Shown here: positions 17,975 through 24,120 of the stretch, in pieces
Layout of the letters: each line of letters opens with the position of its first letter
Position numbering within the stretch: the first letter of the stretch is position 1
Virus record (IMG/VR): IMGVR_UViG_3300029868_000015
Length of the DNA stretch: 33,978 nt
Direction: 5' to 3' (one strand)
Source of the DNA: a virus
Notes under the pieces: generated by a model
The model's database searches: none
Told to the model about the DNA's origin: nothing
Seen by the model: the letters and a program-made list of their open reading frames with translations, nothing else
Program-made: the position numbers and the translations under genes

Positions 17975-18198
17975 TTGATGCTCCCATCATTTGGGGGTTT
18001 GTTGGCAACTAGTTTGATGTGGCTTTTTCGTGCTGGATCGTTGTTAGTAACCTCAAAATCTCCATGTTGGATAAGCAAAGAAATATGCTCTTTCGCATCA
18101 CCTTCTTGCTCGAACTGCATAGCGTCATCACTGATAATGTGATCTTCATCCGATCCTAAAAATAGGCCAGTCGGCTTATGTTTGATTACGTACGTCAT
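17971..18198 (-). CDS. Hypothetical protein (75 aa)
   Basis: ORF with the C-terminus ...VANKPPNDGSIK. Confidence 0.55.
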   Translation of the reverse strand: MTYVIKHKPTGLFLGSDEDHIISDDAMQFEQEGDAKEHISLLIQHGDFEVTNNDPARKSHIKLVANKPPNDGSIK

Positions 18199-18210
18199 GT
18201 TATTTATCCG

Positions 18211-18366
18211 TTACTTTCTCGGCCTTAAAAAATACTCGTCAATGAAATGGACACCCCAAAGCAAAACGAAACTTGCATCAGCACGCTTGCCTCGGCTCTC
18301 TGTCTTGCGAACCAACCAAAACCCCACAAGAAGATATATTGCTATTGTGATGGCTATGATTTCCAT
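18211..18366 (-). CDS. Small membrane protein (51 aa, MEIIAITIAIYLLVGFWLV...)
   Basis: Hand-translated because it is below the track size cutoff. ATG 18366 is in an ATGA overlap with the upstream stop. One clear TM segment. Confidence 0.45.
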   Translation of the reverse strand: MEIIAITIAIYLLVGFWLVRKTESRGKRADASFVLLWGVHFIDEYFLRPRK

Positions 18367-18782
18367 CACGTCTCTCCCTCGACAGGTGATAGGGGTGAGT
18401 TGGCAGGATTTCCAAAGGCGGCTTGTGCGGCCTCAGTAACGGGCGTCATAGCTTCGCCATAACCCCAAACATCACCGCGCCAGTCTTTAAAGTTTCTGAA
18501 ATAATTTAAATTCACCGGCTTACCCTTTCGAATGTAGTCGGTGAACATTTTGACAATACTTTGAAGCGTTCCGCCGTTGGTGAAACCCTTATGCCAATTG
18601 TTCATGCCTGTTAGATAAATTGCCTTATTGGTATATTCATCACGCCATCTAAGATGGCCATCAAACCCAAGGAAAAAATGACCGTAGCGATCAAACTTTT
18701 TGCTGTAGAAAAACCGGCGACCATTATCGGCCATGACACGTATGAAGGTGTTCACCTGCTTTATGCGATCCGCTTTATTCAT
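18366..18782 (-). CDS. Hypothetical protein (138 aa)
   Basis: ATGA overlap with the upstream gene. Aromatic-rich sequence with no family recognised. Confidence 0.55.
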   Translation of the reverse strand: MNKADRIKQVNTFIRVMADNGRRFFYSKKFDRYGHFFLGFDGHLRWRDEYTNKAIYLTGMNNWHKGFTNGGTLQSIVKMFTDYIRKGKPVNLNYFRNFKDWRGDVWGYGEAMTPVTEAAQAAFGNPANSPLSPVEGET

Positions 18783-19030
18783 TGCTCAGTCTCCAGGGGG
18801 CGTTTGTTGGCCGGACGGGCCATTGCCCAAGTGGACTTAACTTTAACCGCATGGCTATAACCAGCGAACAAATCATTTCCTGTTGTTCCAGGATACGCAG
18901 TGGTCGTTATGCCGTTAATATTTAATTCAGTATTCACCCCCAGCAGGGTTGCAACACGGCAAAGCTCGTCACAGCCCTCTCGTATAGAAGGCCCCGCAAC
19001 ATTGTCTAACTTGAGTGTAAGGATGCCCAT
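18779..19030 (-). CDS. Hypothetical protein (83 aa)
   Basis: First gene downstream of the inverted cassette, with a candidate promoter of its own. The C-terminus is ...PANKRPLETEQ. Confidence 0.55.
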   Translation of the reverse strand: MGILTLKLDNVAGPSIREGCDELCRVATLLGVNTELNINGITTTAYPGTTGNDLFAGYSHAVKVKSTWAMARPANKRPLETEQ

Positions 19031-19048
19031 TGCTTTATCTTTCCTTTA

Positions 19049-19057
19049 TGATACAAT
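19049..19057 (+). promoter_or_regulatory. Candidate extended -10 promoter for the recombinase-like gene
   Basis: TGATACAAT (TGn plus TACAAT) lies about 50 nt upstream of the TTG start at 19107. Confidence 0.3.
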
Positions 19058-19077
19058 TCTTGTTACCAATTACATTT

Positions 19078-19105
19078 ACTGTACTAGATATGTAGGAGTT
19101 GTCAA
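19078..19105 (-). promoter_or_regulatory. Candidate sigma70-like promoter reading leftward into 18779..19030
   Basis: On the minus strand: TTGACA (19105-19100), a 16-nt spacer, then TACAGT (19083-19078). Confidence 0.4.
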
Positions 19106-19106
19106 G

Positions 19107-19649
19107 TTGAATTCAAGATTTAAAATAGGTTTTATTCAGGTTCTTAATTATGGCCCATCTGCCGATCAACAGGAACAAATGCTTGTTGGTGCTGGCGTGC
19201 TGAAGGACAACATATTCAGATCAAAGCCTGATACTATTCTTGATGCAATCAACGCCTGCCGTTTAGGTGACAAAAACATTCTTGTCGTAGCCTTTGAGCG
19301 TATCCTTGGTAAGCTTACAGGCGAGGTATTCAAACAGTTGGATGAACGGGGCGCAGACCTTTACTGTGTGGCTAGCGATACCCTGTACCCTGGCGCTAAT
19401 GGTGCGACGTTCTGCGAGTTCCTTAAGCAAAAGCAAAAGGGGCAGACTGCCAAGGCACGTTCTATGCGTGGTGATAGAAAAGGCGGCGCTCCCGTTAAGG
19501 TCACTGCTACCGACCTGCTGCGCGCTGAGAAGCTTATTCATCAAGGCTGGTCTATGCGCGAAGTCACTGACGAACTTGGCGTGGCTCCTAACTACCTCTA
19601 TCGCAAAGGGATTACGCTTGAGAGTGTCACGGCCAAGTACGACAACTGA
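19107..19649 (+). CDS. Serine-recombinase (resolvase/invertase)-like protein lacking the catalytic serine, with a C-terminal HTH; probable DNA-binding regulator
   Basis: TTG start lies 8 nt after AGGAG. IGFIQVLNYGPSADQQEQMLVGAGV..NIF...GDKNILVVAFERILGK aligns by eye with the resolvase pattern GYxRVSTxxQ....L...G.....if.D...GD.LvV..lDRLgR, but RVS is replaced by QVL. The C-terminal WSMREVTDELGVAPNYLYRK is HTH_7-like. Confidence 0.6.
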   Translation: MNSRFKIGFIQVLNYGPSADQQEQMLVGAGVLKDNIFRSKPDTILDAINACRLGDKNILVVAFERILGKLTGEVFKQLDERGADLYCVASDTLYPGANGATFCEFLKQKQKGQTAKARSMRGDRKGGAPVKVTATDLLRAEKLIHQGWSMREVTDELGVAPNYLYRKGITLESVTAKYDN

Positions 19650-19660
19650 TGACTGTTTGC

Positions 19661-19891
19661 TCATGTTCCATGCTCCATATATTGCAAATAAACATCTAAA
19701 GCCGCGAGCATTGGCCATTTAACATTGGTGCCCATAAAGCCCATGTTTTGGTAATGAGTGTCCATCCCAATCAGTGCCCGAGTTTCTCTTTCGGTCATAT
19801 CAAACTGTTCTGAGAGTTTTTCAACATCGTGTCCCTTGCAGAGTTCGTCTACCCATTCCACGATAGATGTATTATCAACTGTAGACTTCAT
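19661..19891 (-). CDS. Hypothetical protein (76 aa)
   Basis: ATGA overlap with the upstream gene. N-terminus MKSTVD. Confidence 0.55.
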   Translation of the reverse strand: MKSTVDNTSIVEWVDELCKGHDVEKLSEQFDMTERETRALIGMDTHYQNMGFMGTNVKWPMLAALDVYLQYMEHGT

Positions 19892-20082
19892 ATCATTACC
19901 TCAATCTTTACAGGCACAAATTTCAGACGCTTAAATAGTTCGTATTCACCACATATTGTATCGTGAAAATTAAGCTCGGCTTCTTCCTCATTCGATCCAA
20001 TGGCGTTGATGTAATAAACATCTTCAACAGGATCATAGGGGATTACACCCTTGAATTTCTTGTCAACTGATGACTGTTTCAT
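19888..20082 (-). CDS. Hypothetical protein (64 aa)
   Basis: ATGA overlap with the upstream gene. N-terminus MKQSSVD. Confidence 0.55.
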   Translation of the reverse strand: MKQSSVDKKFKGVIPYDPVEDVYYINAIGSNEEEAELNFHDTICGEYELFKRLKFVPVKIEVMI

Positions 20083-20318
20083 TCGATCACTCCTTCAGCC
20101 TTCAGCACAAGTTCAAGCATATGCTCAATAACCTTGCTTGCTTCAGGGCTTCTCTCTGCCGCTTTTTGAATGATTGCTTGATAGCGCCCGCAAATCATCG
20201 CGGTTGCCATACCAGAAGTGGCTGAGTGCCTATATTCGTAGCTTTCGAGCATTGCCATAAGCTCGACCACGCGAGGCAATCTATTGATGACAACTGAGGA
20301 CCTAGTAGAACTCGACAT
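20079..20318 (-). CDS. Hypothetical protein (about 79 aa)
   Basis: ATG 20318 (or 20321) follows the SD GGAGG. The track start 20441 lies inside the upstream gene. N-terminus MSSSTRSSVV. Confidence 0.5.
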   Translation of the reverse strand: MSSSTRSSVVINRLPRVVELMAMLESYEYRHSATSGMATAMICGRYQAIIQKAAERSPEASKVIEHMLELVLKAEGVIE

Positions 20319-20604
20319 CATTAACCTCCGGTTTCTGCGGCTTTGATAATTTAGGGCCCGGTGGGTTTGGCGGAAGCATCCAGTGCGTAGGCAGCAGGAA
20401 CGGGCCAAGCCATGTAGCCGTTGTCGGCGTCCATGCTTCATCCAAGGAATCCCACCCGCCAGTAGTCATGAATGGCTCTTTGAAAAGAACCCCTTCAAAT
20501 TCCTGTGAGAATTCGGGTTTGCAATACATCAGAATATGCGTCCCATCTTTGGGCGCTGTTTCCATTGGCTGCCATGTGCTATCTGATGACTTTGAATTGC
20601 TCAT
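20302..20604 (-). CDS. DUF551-like protein
   Basis: ATG 20604 is in an ATGA overlap. WQPMETAPKDGTHILMY resembles the recalled DUF551 N-terminal motif (W.p....P.dG..vL). Confidence 0.5.
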   Translation of the reverse strand: MSNSKSSDSTWQPMETAPKDGTHILMYCKPEFSQEFEGVLFKEPFMTTGGWDSLDEAWTPTTATWLGPFLLPTHWMLPPNPPGPKLSKPQKPEVNDVEFY

Positions 20605-20891
20605 AGTGACAACCTCACTTTTTGAAACGGGATAATACCAACTATCTCTTCGTCGGGAAAAACAGGCTCCTTTGACCACTCAACTTTAAAGTTGAAATAC
20701 ATGCGGCCATCCCCACTGAATTTATAGTTTCCGGGGTTAGGAATATGGACGTGCGGCAGTGCATCAACCAGATTTTGAGCCTGCCCTTTAGTGATCCTAC
20801 ATTTGCGCGCTAATTCAGAAAGCCATATGGGACCACTGCCTTTTACAATGCGGGTTAGCTTTTCGCCCATGTCAACTGAGGACTGTTTCAT
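20601..20891 (-). CDS. Hypothetical protein with a winged-helix-like segment
   Basis: N-terminus MKQSSVD. LSELARKCRITKGQAQNLVDAL looks like an HTH. Confidence 0.5.
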   Translation of the reverse strand: MKQSSVDMGEKLTRIVKGSGPIWLSELARKCRITKGQAQNLVDALPHVHIPNPGNYKFSGDGRMYFNFKVEWSKEPVFPDEEIVGIIPFQKVRLSL

Positions 20892-21109
20892 AAATCTAAC
20901 CCTTCCAAAATCTTGCGCTTCGAAACCTCCAACATGAAAACCGCTGATGAGTTATCCATATGACTGCTGGTGATTGCTAATGCGCCGTCCTTGTCATAGC
21001 TAATTATCAGAACATCTTTCATGCCTTCACGTCCGACCTTTTCAAGTGCTTGTTCAACCGTCATTTTATCATGATTGTTTAACTCGCTGACAACTGATGA
21101 CTTAGACAT
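20888..21109 (-). CDS. Hypothetical protein (73 aa)
   Basis: ATG 21109 (MSKSSVV...) overlaps the peptidase stop by 8 nt. The track start 21127 is less likely. Confidence 0.5.
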   Translation of the reverse strand: MSKSSVVSELNNHDKMTVEQALEKVGREGMKDVLIISYDKDGALAITSSHMDNSSAVFMLEVSKRKILEGLDL

Positions 21110-21545
21110 GTGGCAACCCCTTCGCATAAAGATTGTGCGTCTTAGTTAAAACCTCGTTCCGGTTCTTCTCTGAGATGCTGCAATGTATCCAGGCTTTCCC
21201 GAGCTGACGCTGTTCGAGTATGAGCTGGTCAAACTCAACATTGTCTCTAATCCAGCGCGCTAGATTTACAATGTCAATTCCTGGCACGGTGAAGTCAACA
21301 GCTTGGCCTAGCATGTGCTGGCTTTTCGGTGAGCCTCCTATAGCCGAGTTAAGCGCCTCACATCTAAACCCGCTACTAGGCGTTATCGGTACACCGTAAT
21401 GCTCTCTGACGGGCTGTAAAATCTCGTTACATACGCGCTCAAGGTATTCTTCTGCCTTCTTGTCAGGCGTGTTGTCTATGCCTTCACGTTCCGCTGTATC
21501 GCTGCGGGTCATTTCTGCAAGGGTAAAGTTTTTGCTCAGTTCCAT
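21102..21545 (-). CDS. Peptidase M15 family (VanY / L-alanyl-D-glutamate peptidase-like) cell-wall hydrolase; endolysin candidate
   Basis: FTLAEMTRS...SGFRCEALNSAIGGSPKSQHMLGQAVDF...WIHCS matches the recalled Peptidase_M15_3 zinc-site pattern (SGyR...N...GG...SqH..G.AvD...H). Confidence 0.8.
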   Translation of the reverse strand: MELSKNFTLAEMTRSDTAEREGIDNTPDKKAEEYLERVCNEILQPVREHYGVPITPSSGFRCEALNSAIGGSPKSQHMLGQAVDFTVPGIDIVNLARWIRDNVEFDQLILEQRQLGKAWIHCSISEKNRNEVLTKTHNLYAKGLPHV

Positions 21546-21745
21546 TGTTTAAGCCTTTCGAATGCTTCCAGAACGTCCGACCACTTAGCAGGGCCGGGTA
21601 ATACCTTACCATGTCGCCACATTGACCAACTGGTTGTTGAAACGTTAGCGTCACCTAGAAACTGTTCTAGCGTTACATCTCGAATTTTCATCTCTGCTTC
21701 AATAGCGTGCGTTTTCCGCACTATCTTCTCAACGGTTATAATCAA
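21536..21745 (-). CDS. Cro/XRE-like HTH regulator, first gene of the leftward block
   Basis: TTG start lies 7 nt after AAGGAG. VTLEQFLGDANVSTTSWSMWRHGK fits the XRE-type HTH pattern. Confidence 0.55.
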   Translation of the reverse strand: MIITVEKIVRKTHAIEAEMKIRDVTLEQFLGDANVSTTSWSMWRHGKVLPGPAKWSDVLEAFERLKQWN

Positions 21746-21763
21746 TTGTTCTCTCCTTATGCC

Positions 21764-21794
21764 TCTTTATACGCTGTACATATATATACGTCAA
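21764..21794 (-). promoter_or_regulatory. Candidate leftward early promoter
   Basis: On the minus strand: TTGACG (21794-21789), a 19-nt spacer, then TATAAA (21769-21764). The spacer is longer than the optimum. Confidence 0.35.
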
Positions 21795-21847
21795 GTTTAT
21801 TTAAATAAAGCTGATGCCTATTGACTTCTTTATATAAGTACATATAT
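21774..21847. promoter_or_regulatory. Two exact 10-bp direct repeats, GTACATATAT (21774-21783 and 21838-21847); operator candidates
   Basis: Read directly. The copies are 64 bp apart start to start, one inside each divergent promoter candidate. Confidence 0.45.
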
Positions 21848-21848
21848 T
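21821..21848 (+). promoter_or_regulatory. Candidate rightward early promoter
   Basis: TTGACT (21821-21826), a 16-nt spacer, then TATATT (21843-21848). The SD AAGGAGAGAGA lies downstream, before ATG 21872. Confidence 0.55.
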
Positions 21849-21871
21849 AAGTAGTAACAAGGAGAGAGAAA

Positions 21872-22141
21872 ATGCAGCAGCAAGAATCAATCATCATCGA
21901 AGAATACCCGGTAACAATATTCGGGTGTGAAATGCTCATCACTATAGAAGCCTTCGGATCTTTCGAGTCTGTAGGATTATGCGAGAGCTACAACGGCGGC
22001 GGCGTTGCACGCCTTTATGAGGATTACGAGCTTAGCTGGGTTGATGTACAATCGCCTGAAGTTGGAACCATGAAGTTCGACGCAATGCCTAAAGAGCTGC
22101 AAGACAAGATTAAGCGTATGCTGGAAAGGGAGCGAGAATGA
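21872..22141 (+). CDS. Hypothetical acidic protein (89 aa), first rightward gene
   Basis: Strong SD. By my count D+E is roughly twice K+R. Confidence 0.6.
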   Translation: MQQQESIIIEEYPVTIFGCEMLITIEAFGSFESVGLCESYNGGGVARLYEDYELSWVDVQSPEVGTMKFDAMPKELQDKIKRMLERERE

Positions 22142-22299
22142 CCGAGCTAGAAAGATTTAAGCACGACATTGACCAGCAGATAATTGCGCTGGAGGGTTAT
22201 CTTTTAGGCAAAGGCCAAACCCAGGCGGTGCGGGAACTGATGTTTCAGAAGCAGCGATTTGACCAAATTATGAACGAACAAATAAAGGGCGAGATATGA
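22138..22299 (+). CDS. Small hypothetical protein (53 aa)
   Basis: Hand-translated as MTELERFKHDIDQQIIALEGYLLGKGQ.... ATGA overlaps are present at both ends. Confidence 0.45.
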   Translation: MTELERFKHDIDQQIIALEGYLLGKGQTQAVRELMFQKQRFDQIMNEQIKGEI

Positions 22300-23105
22300 G
22301 CGAATTAAATATACACCAGCGGATTGCAGCAGTTATGCAGGCTATCGCATACGTGCAAAAAGAGAATAAAAAGGTCAACAATCAGTACACGTTTGTTAGC
22401 CATGACGCCGTTACAGCGGCAGTGAGAACGCACCTTATTGATAACGGTATCGTTGTTATCCCCACGGTGACAAAGCATATACAGGACGGCAACAGGACCG
22501 AGGTAGATTTAAACATCGACTTCGTGAACATTGATAAACCTGAAGACAAGATTTCAGTGCAGATGTTCGGCTATGGTGTTGACCAACAAGACAAGGGGCC
22601 GGGCAAGGCTTTCTCATACGCAAAGAAATACGCCTTCCTGCAATTGTTCCTCTTGGAAACTGGCGACGATCCAGAGCGTGACAACATTGACCACAGGAAA
22701 ACATCGCGCACGAAAACAGCGGTTCACAAGGATATGAAAGCCGCAGCGTTTAAGATGACACAGACCGCAACCATTGAAGCGTTTGAAAGCTTCTTGGCTG
22801 GTGACGGGTTCCAAAAGCTGATTAAAGAGTTACGCAGTGAATGGCCTGAAGAATTTCAAGGCTTGCGTGAAGAGAAGGACAAGCACAAGAAACGCCTTGA
22901 GGCTGGCCCAAAGCTCACCAGTGAAGATATACAGCTCTATATAGAGAAGTTCACTAAAGACCTTAGCTCTGAATTTGATGCTGGAATGTGCGCGGAAATG
23001 TTTAAGATAGCCAAGAACGACCTGTTAAAAGCTGCCGCAACTGGCGAGCAAATCCATGAGGTCGAGGTTGCTTATGATGAACACATACAGCGCTTAGGTG
23101 ATTAA
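22296..23105 (+). CDS. erf: ERF-family single-strand annealing recombinase
   Basis: The N-terminal 130 aa (IHQRIAAVMQAIAYVQKENKKVNNQYTFVSHDAVTAAVRTHLIDNGI...GPGKAFSYAKKYAFLQLFLLETGDDPE) match the recalled ERF domain pattern. Confidence 0.75.
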   Translation: MSELNIHQRIAAVMQAIAYVQKENKKVNNQYTFVSHDAVTAAVRTHLIDNGIVVIPTVTKHIQDGNRTEVDLNIDFVNIDKPEDKISVQMFGYGVDQQDKGPGKAFSYAKKYAFLQLFLLETGDDPERDNIDHRKTSRTKTAVHKDMKAAAFKMTQTATIEAFESFLAGDGFQKLIKELRSEWPEEFQGLREEKDKHKKRLEAGPKLTSEDIQLYIEKFTKDLSSEFDAGMCAEMFKIAKNDLLKAAATGEQIHEVEVAYDEHIQRLGD

Positions 23106-23512
23106 TGTTATTCCGCCGTACACTTGAAGGCTTTTCCCCTGCTGACACAGAGGCGGGGGATTGGCACCACAAGACCAAGCTAGGCGCACTGGTGGAGCTT
23201 AAAGGCAACCGGCCACGCAATCCACAGCATCACCGAAAGTTCTTTGCCTTGATGAACATCGTTGTAGACAATAGCGATGACTACGACACGGTGGAACAAT
23301 TCAGGTTTGTGTTAATGGCCACACTACAGCGGGGCAAGTGGATAGAGGTTCCGCACGCAACCAGGGCAATGTTTATCCCTGAAAGCATATCGTTCAAGAG
23401 CATGAAGCAGGAGGATTTCGACACGCTGTACAATGCTGCGATTAATGCAATCCTGAAATACTTCATACCGATGGACAGAGACGACCTGATAGAAATGATT
23501 GCTTTAGCTTAG
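23105..23512 (+). CDS. DUF1367-like phage protein
   Basis: NPQHHRKFFALMNIVVDN and the overall size resemble the recalled DUF1367 family. Confidence 0.45.
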   Translation: MLFRRTLEGFSPADTEAGDWHHKTKLGALVELKGNRPRNPQHHRKFFALMNIVVDNSDDYDTVEQFRFVLMATLQRGKWIEVPHATRAMFIPESISFKSMKQEDFDTLYNAAINAILKYFIPMDRDDLIEMIALA

Positions 23513-23525
23513 ATATTCATAGATT

Positions 23526-23593
23526 GCCCTCAAACATCTGACCCGAGGGCATCAACAGGGGTGAGGTTGTTGTTTTCCCCAGCGCCTCACCCC
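23526..23593 (+). other. Two consecutive stem-loops in the gap after 23512
   Basis: GCCCTC (23526-31) pairs with GAGGGC (23545-50). GGGGTGAGG (23558-66) pairs with CCTCACCCC (23585-93). There is no T run, so this is not a canonical intrinsic terminator. Confidence 0.5.
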
Positions 23594-23611
23594 AAACCTA
23601 AAAGGTGACAT

Positions 23612-23740
23612 ATGAGTGAGAACCCAGGATTTCAAGAGTTCAAAACGGTGAAAGACCTAGAGAAGTACGAACCCGGCGCGGCAAAGAAGATGCAGGAGCT
23701 GCGGGCAAAGTGGAAGCGTGAGGAGAAAGACGGTGAGTGA
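23612..23740 (+). CDS. Small hypothetical protein (42 aa)
   Basis: Hand-translated as MSENPGFQEFKTVKDLEKYEPGAAKKMQELRAKWKREEKDGE. The SD-like aaaaggtg lies upstream. Confidence 0.4.
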   Translation: MSENPGFQEFKTVKDLEKYEPGAAKKMQELRAKWKREEKDGE

Positions 23741-23843
23741 TTTACTGGTTATTTCCGCGTTAGGTGTTGGCTTTATCTTGGGGTGCGGATTTGCAATGTT
23801 GTTAATCGTTTTAGCTCGGAAATTGAAAAAGGATGAGACATGA
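23733..23843 (+). CDS. Small single-TM peptide (36 aa)
   Basis: GTG lies 7 nt after GAGGAG. Reads (M)SDLLVISALGVGFILGCGFAMLLIVLARKLKKDET. An ATGA overlap joins it to the next gene. Confidence 0.4.
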   Translation: MSDLLVISALGVGFILGCGFAMLLIVLARKLKKDET

Positions 23844-24106
23844 CCAACTACGTAATAGAAAAATCACCAACGAAAAGCATATCCTTAACACCAACCATTA
23901 AAATAGAAGCGTGCAAAGATAGTGTTTTAATCACCATGACTGATTGCAACAAGGCATTAAAGTTTGGTGGCATTGTCATAGATAGCAATGCGGATGGCGT
24001 CCATAACTTTATTGATGATGCATCCGAATGGCTGAAAGATGAGCTAGTAAGGGCGATAGATTTAGTAATTAAAGGTTCATCAAAAATTAACTTGCACGAA
24101 GACTAA
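23840..24106 (+). CDS. Hypothetical protein (88 aa)
   Basis: ORF in the track with no motif recognised. Confidence 0.55.
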   Translation: MTNYVIEKSPTKSISLTPTIKIEACKDSVLITMTDCNKALKFGGIVIDSNADGVHNFIDDASEWLKDELVRAIDLVIKGSSKINLHED

Positions 24107-24120
24107 CTAAATAATACTAT
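24092..24120 (+). promoter_or_regulatory. Candidate promoter at the left edge of the long noncoding region
   Basis: TTGCAC (24092-97), a 17-nt spacer, then TACTAT (24115-20). Confidence 0.25.

Noticed and set aside
19263-19718. Minus-strand ORF antisense to the recombinase-like gene, whose internal start carries the MSKQSSVV junction motif.
   Set aside because: The plus-strand product shows recognisable resolvase and HTH similarity and has an SD, whereas the minus-strand product has no recognisable features beyond the motif. I interpret it as an orphan motif plus a chance open frame, though expression is not excluded.
20062-20891. TTGAC(A) within the junction motif, considered as internal -35 promoter boxes.
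   Set aside because: No consistently spaced -10 element follows the copies, and two copies read TTGTC.
19641-21109. Hammerhead-ribozyme core CTGATGA, present on the plus strand in the junction motifs and at 31283-89.
   Set aside because: None of the copies is followed by a stem II hairpin plus GAAA and a stem III/cleavage-site arrangement.
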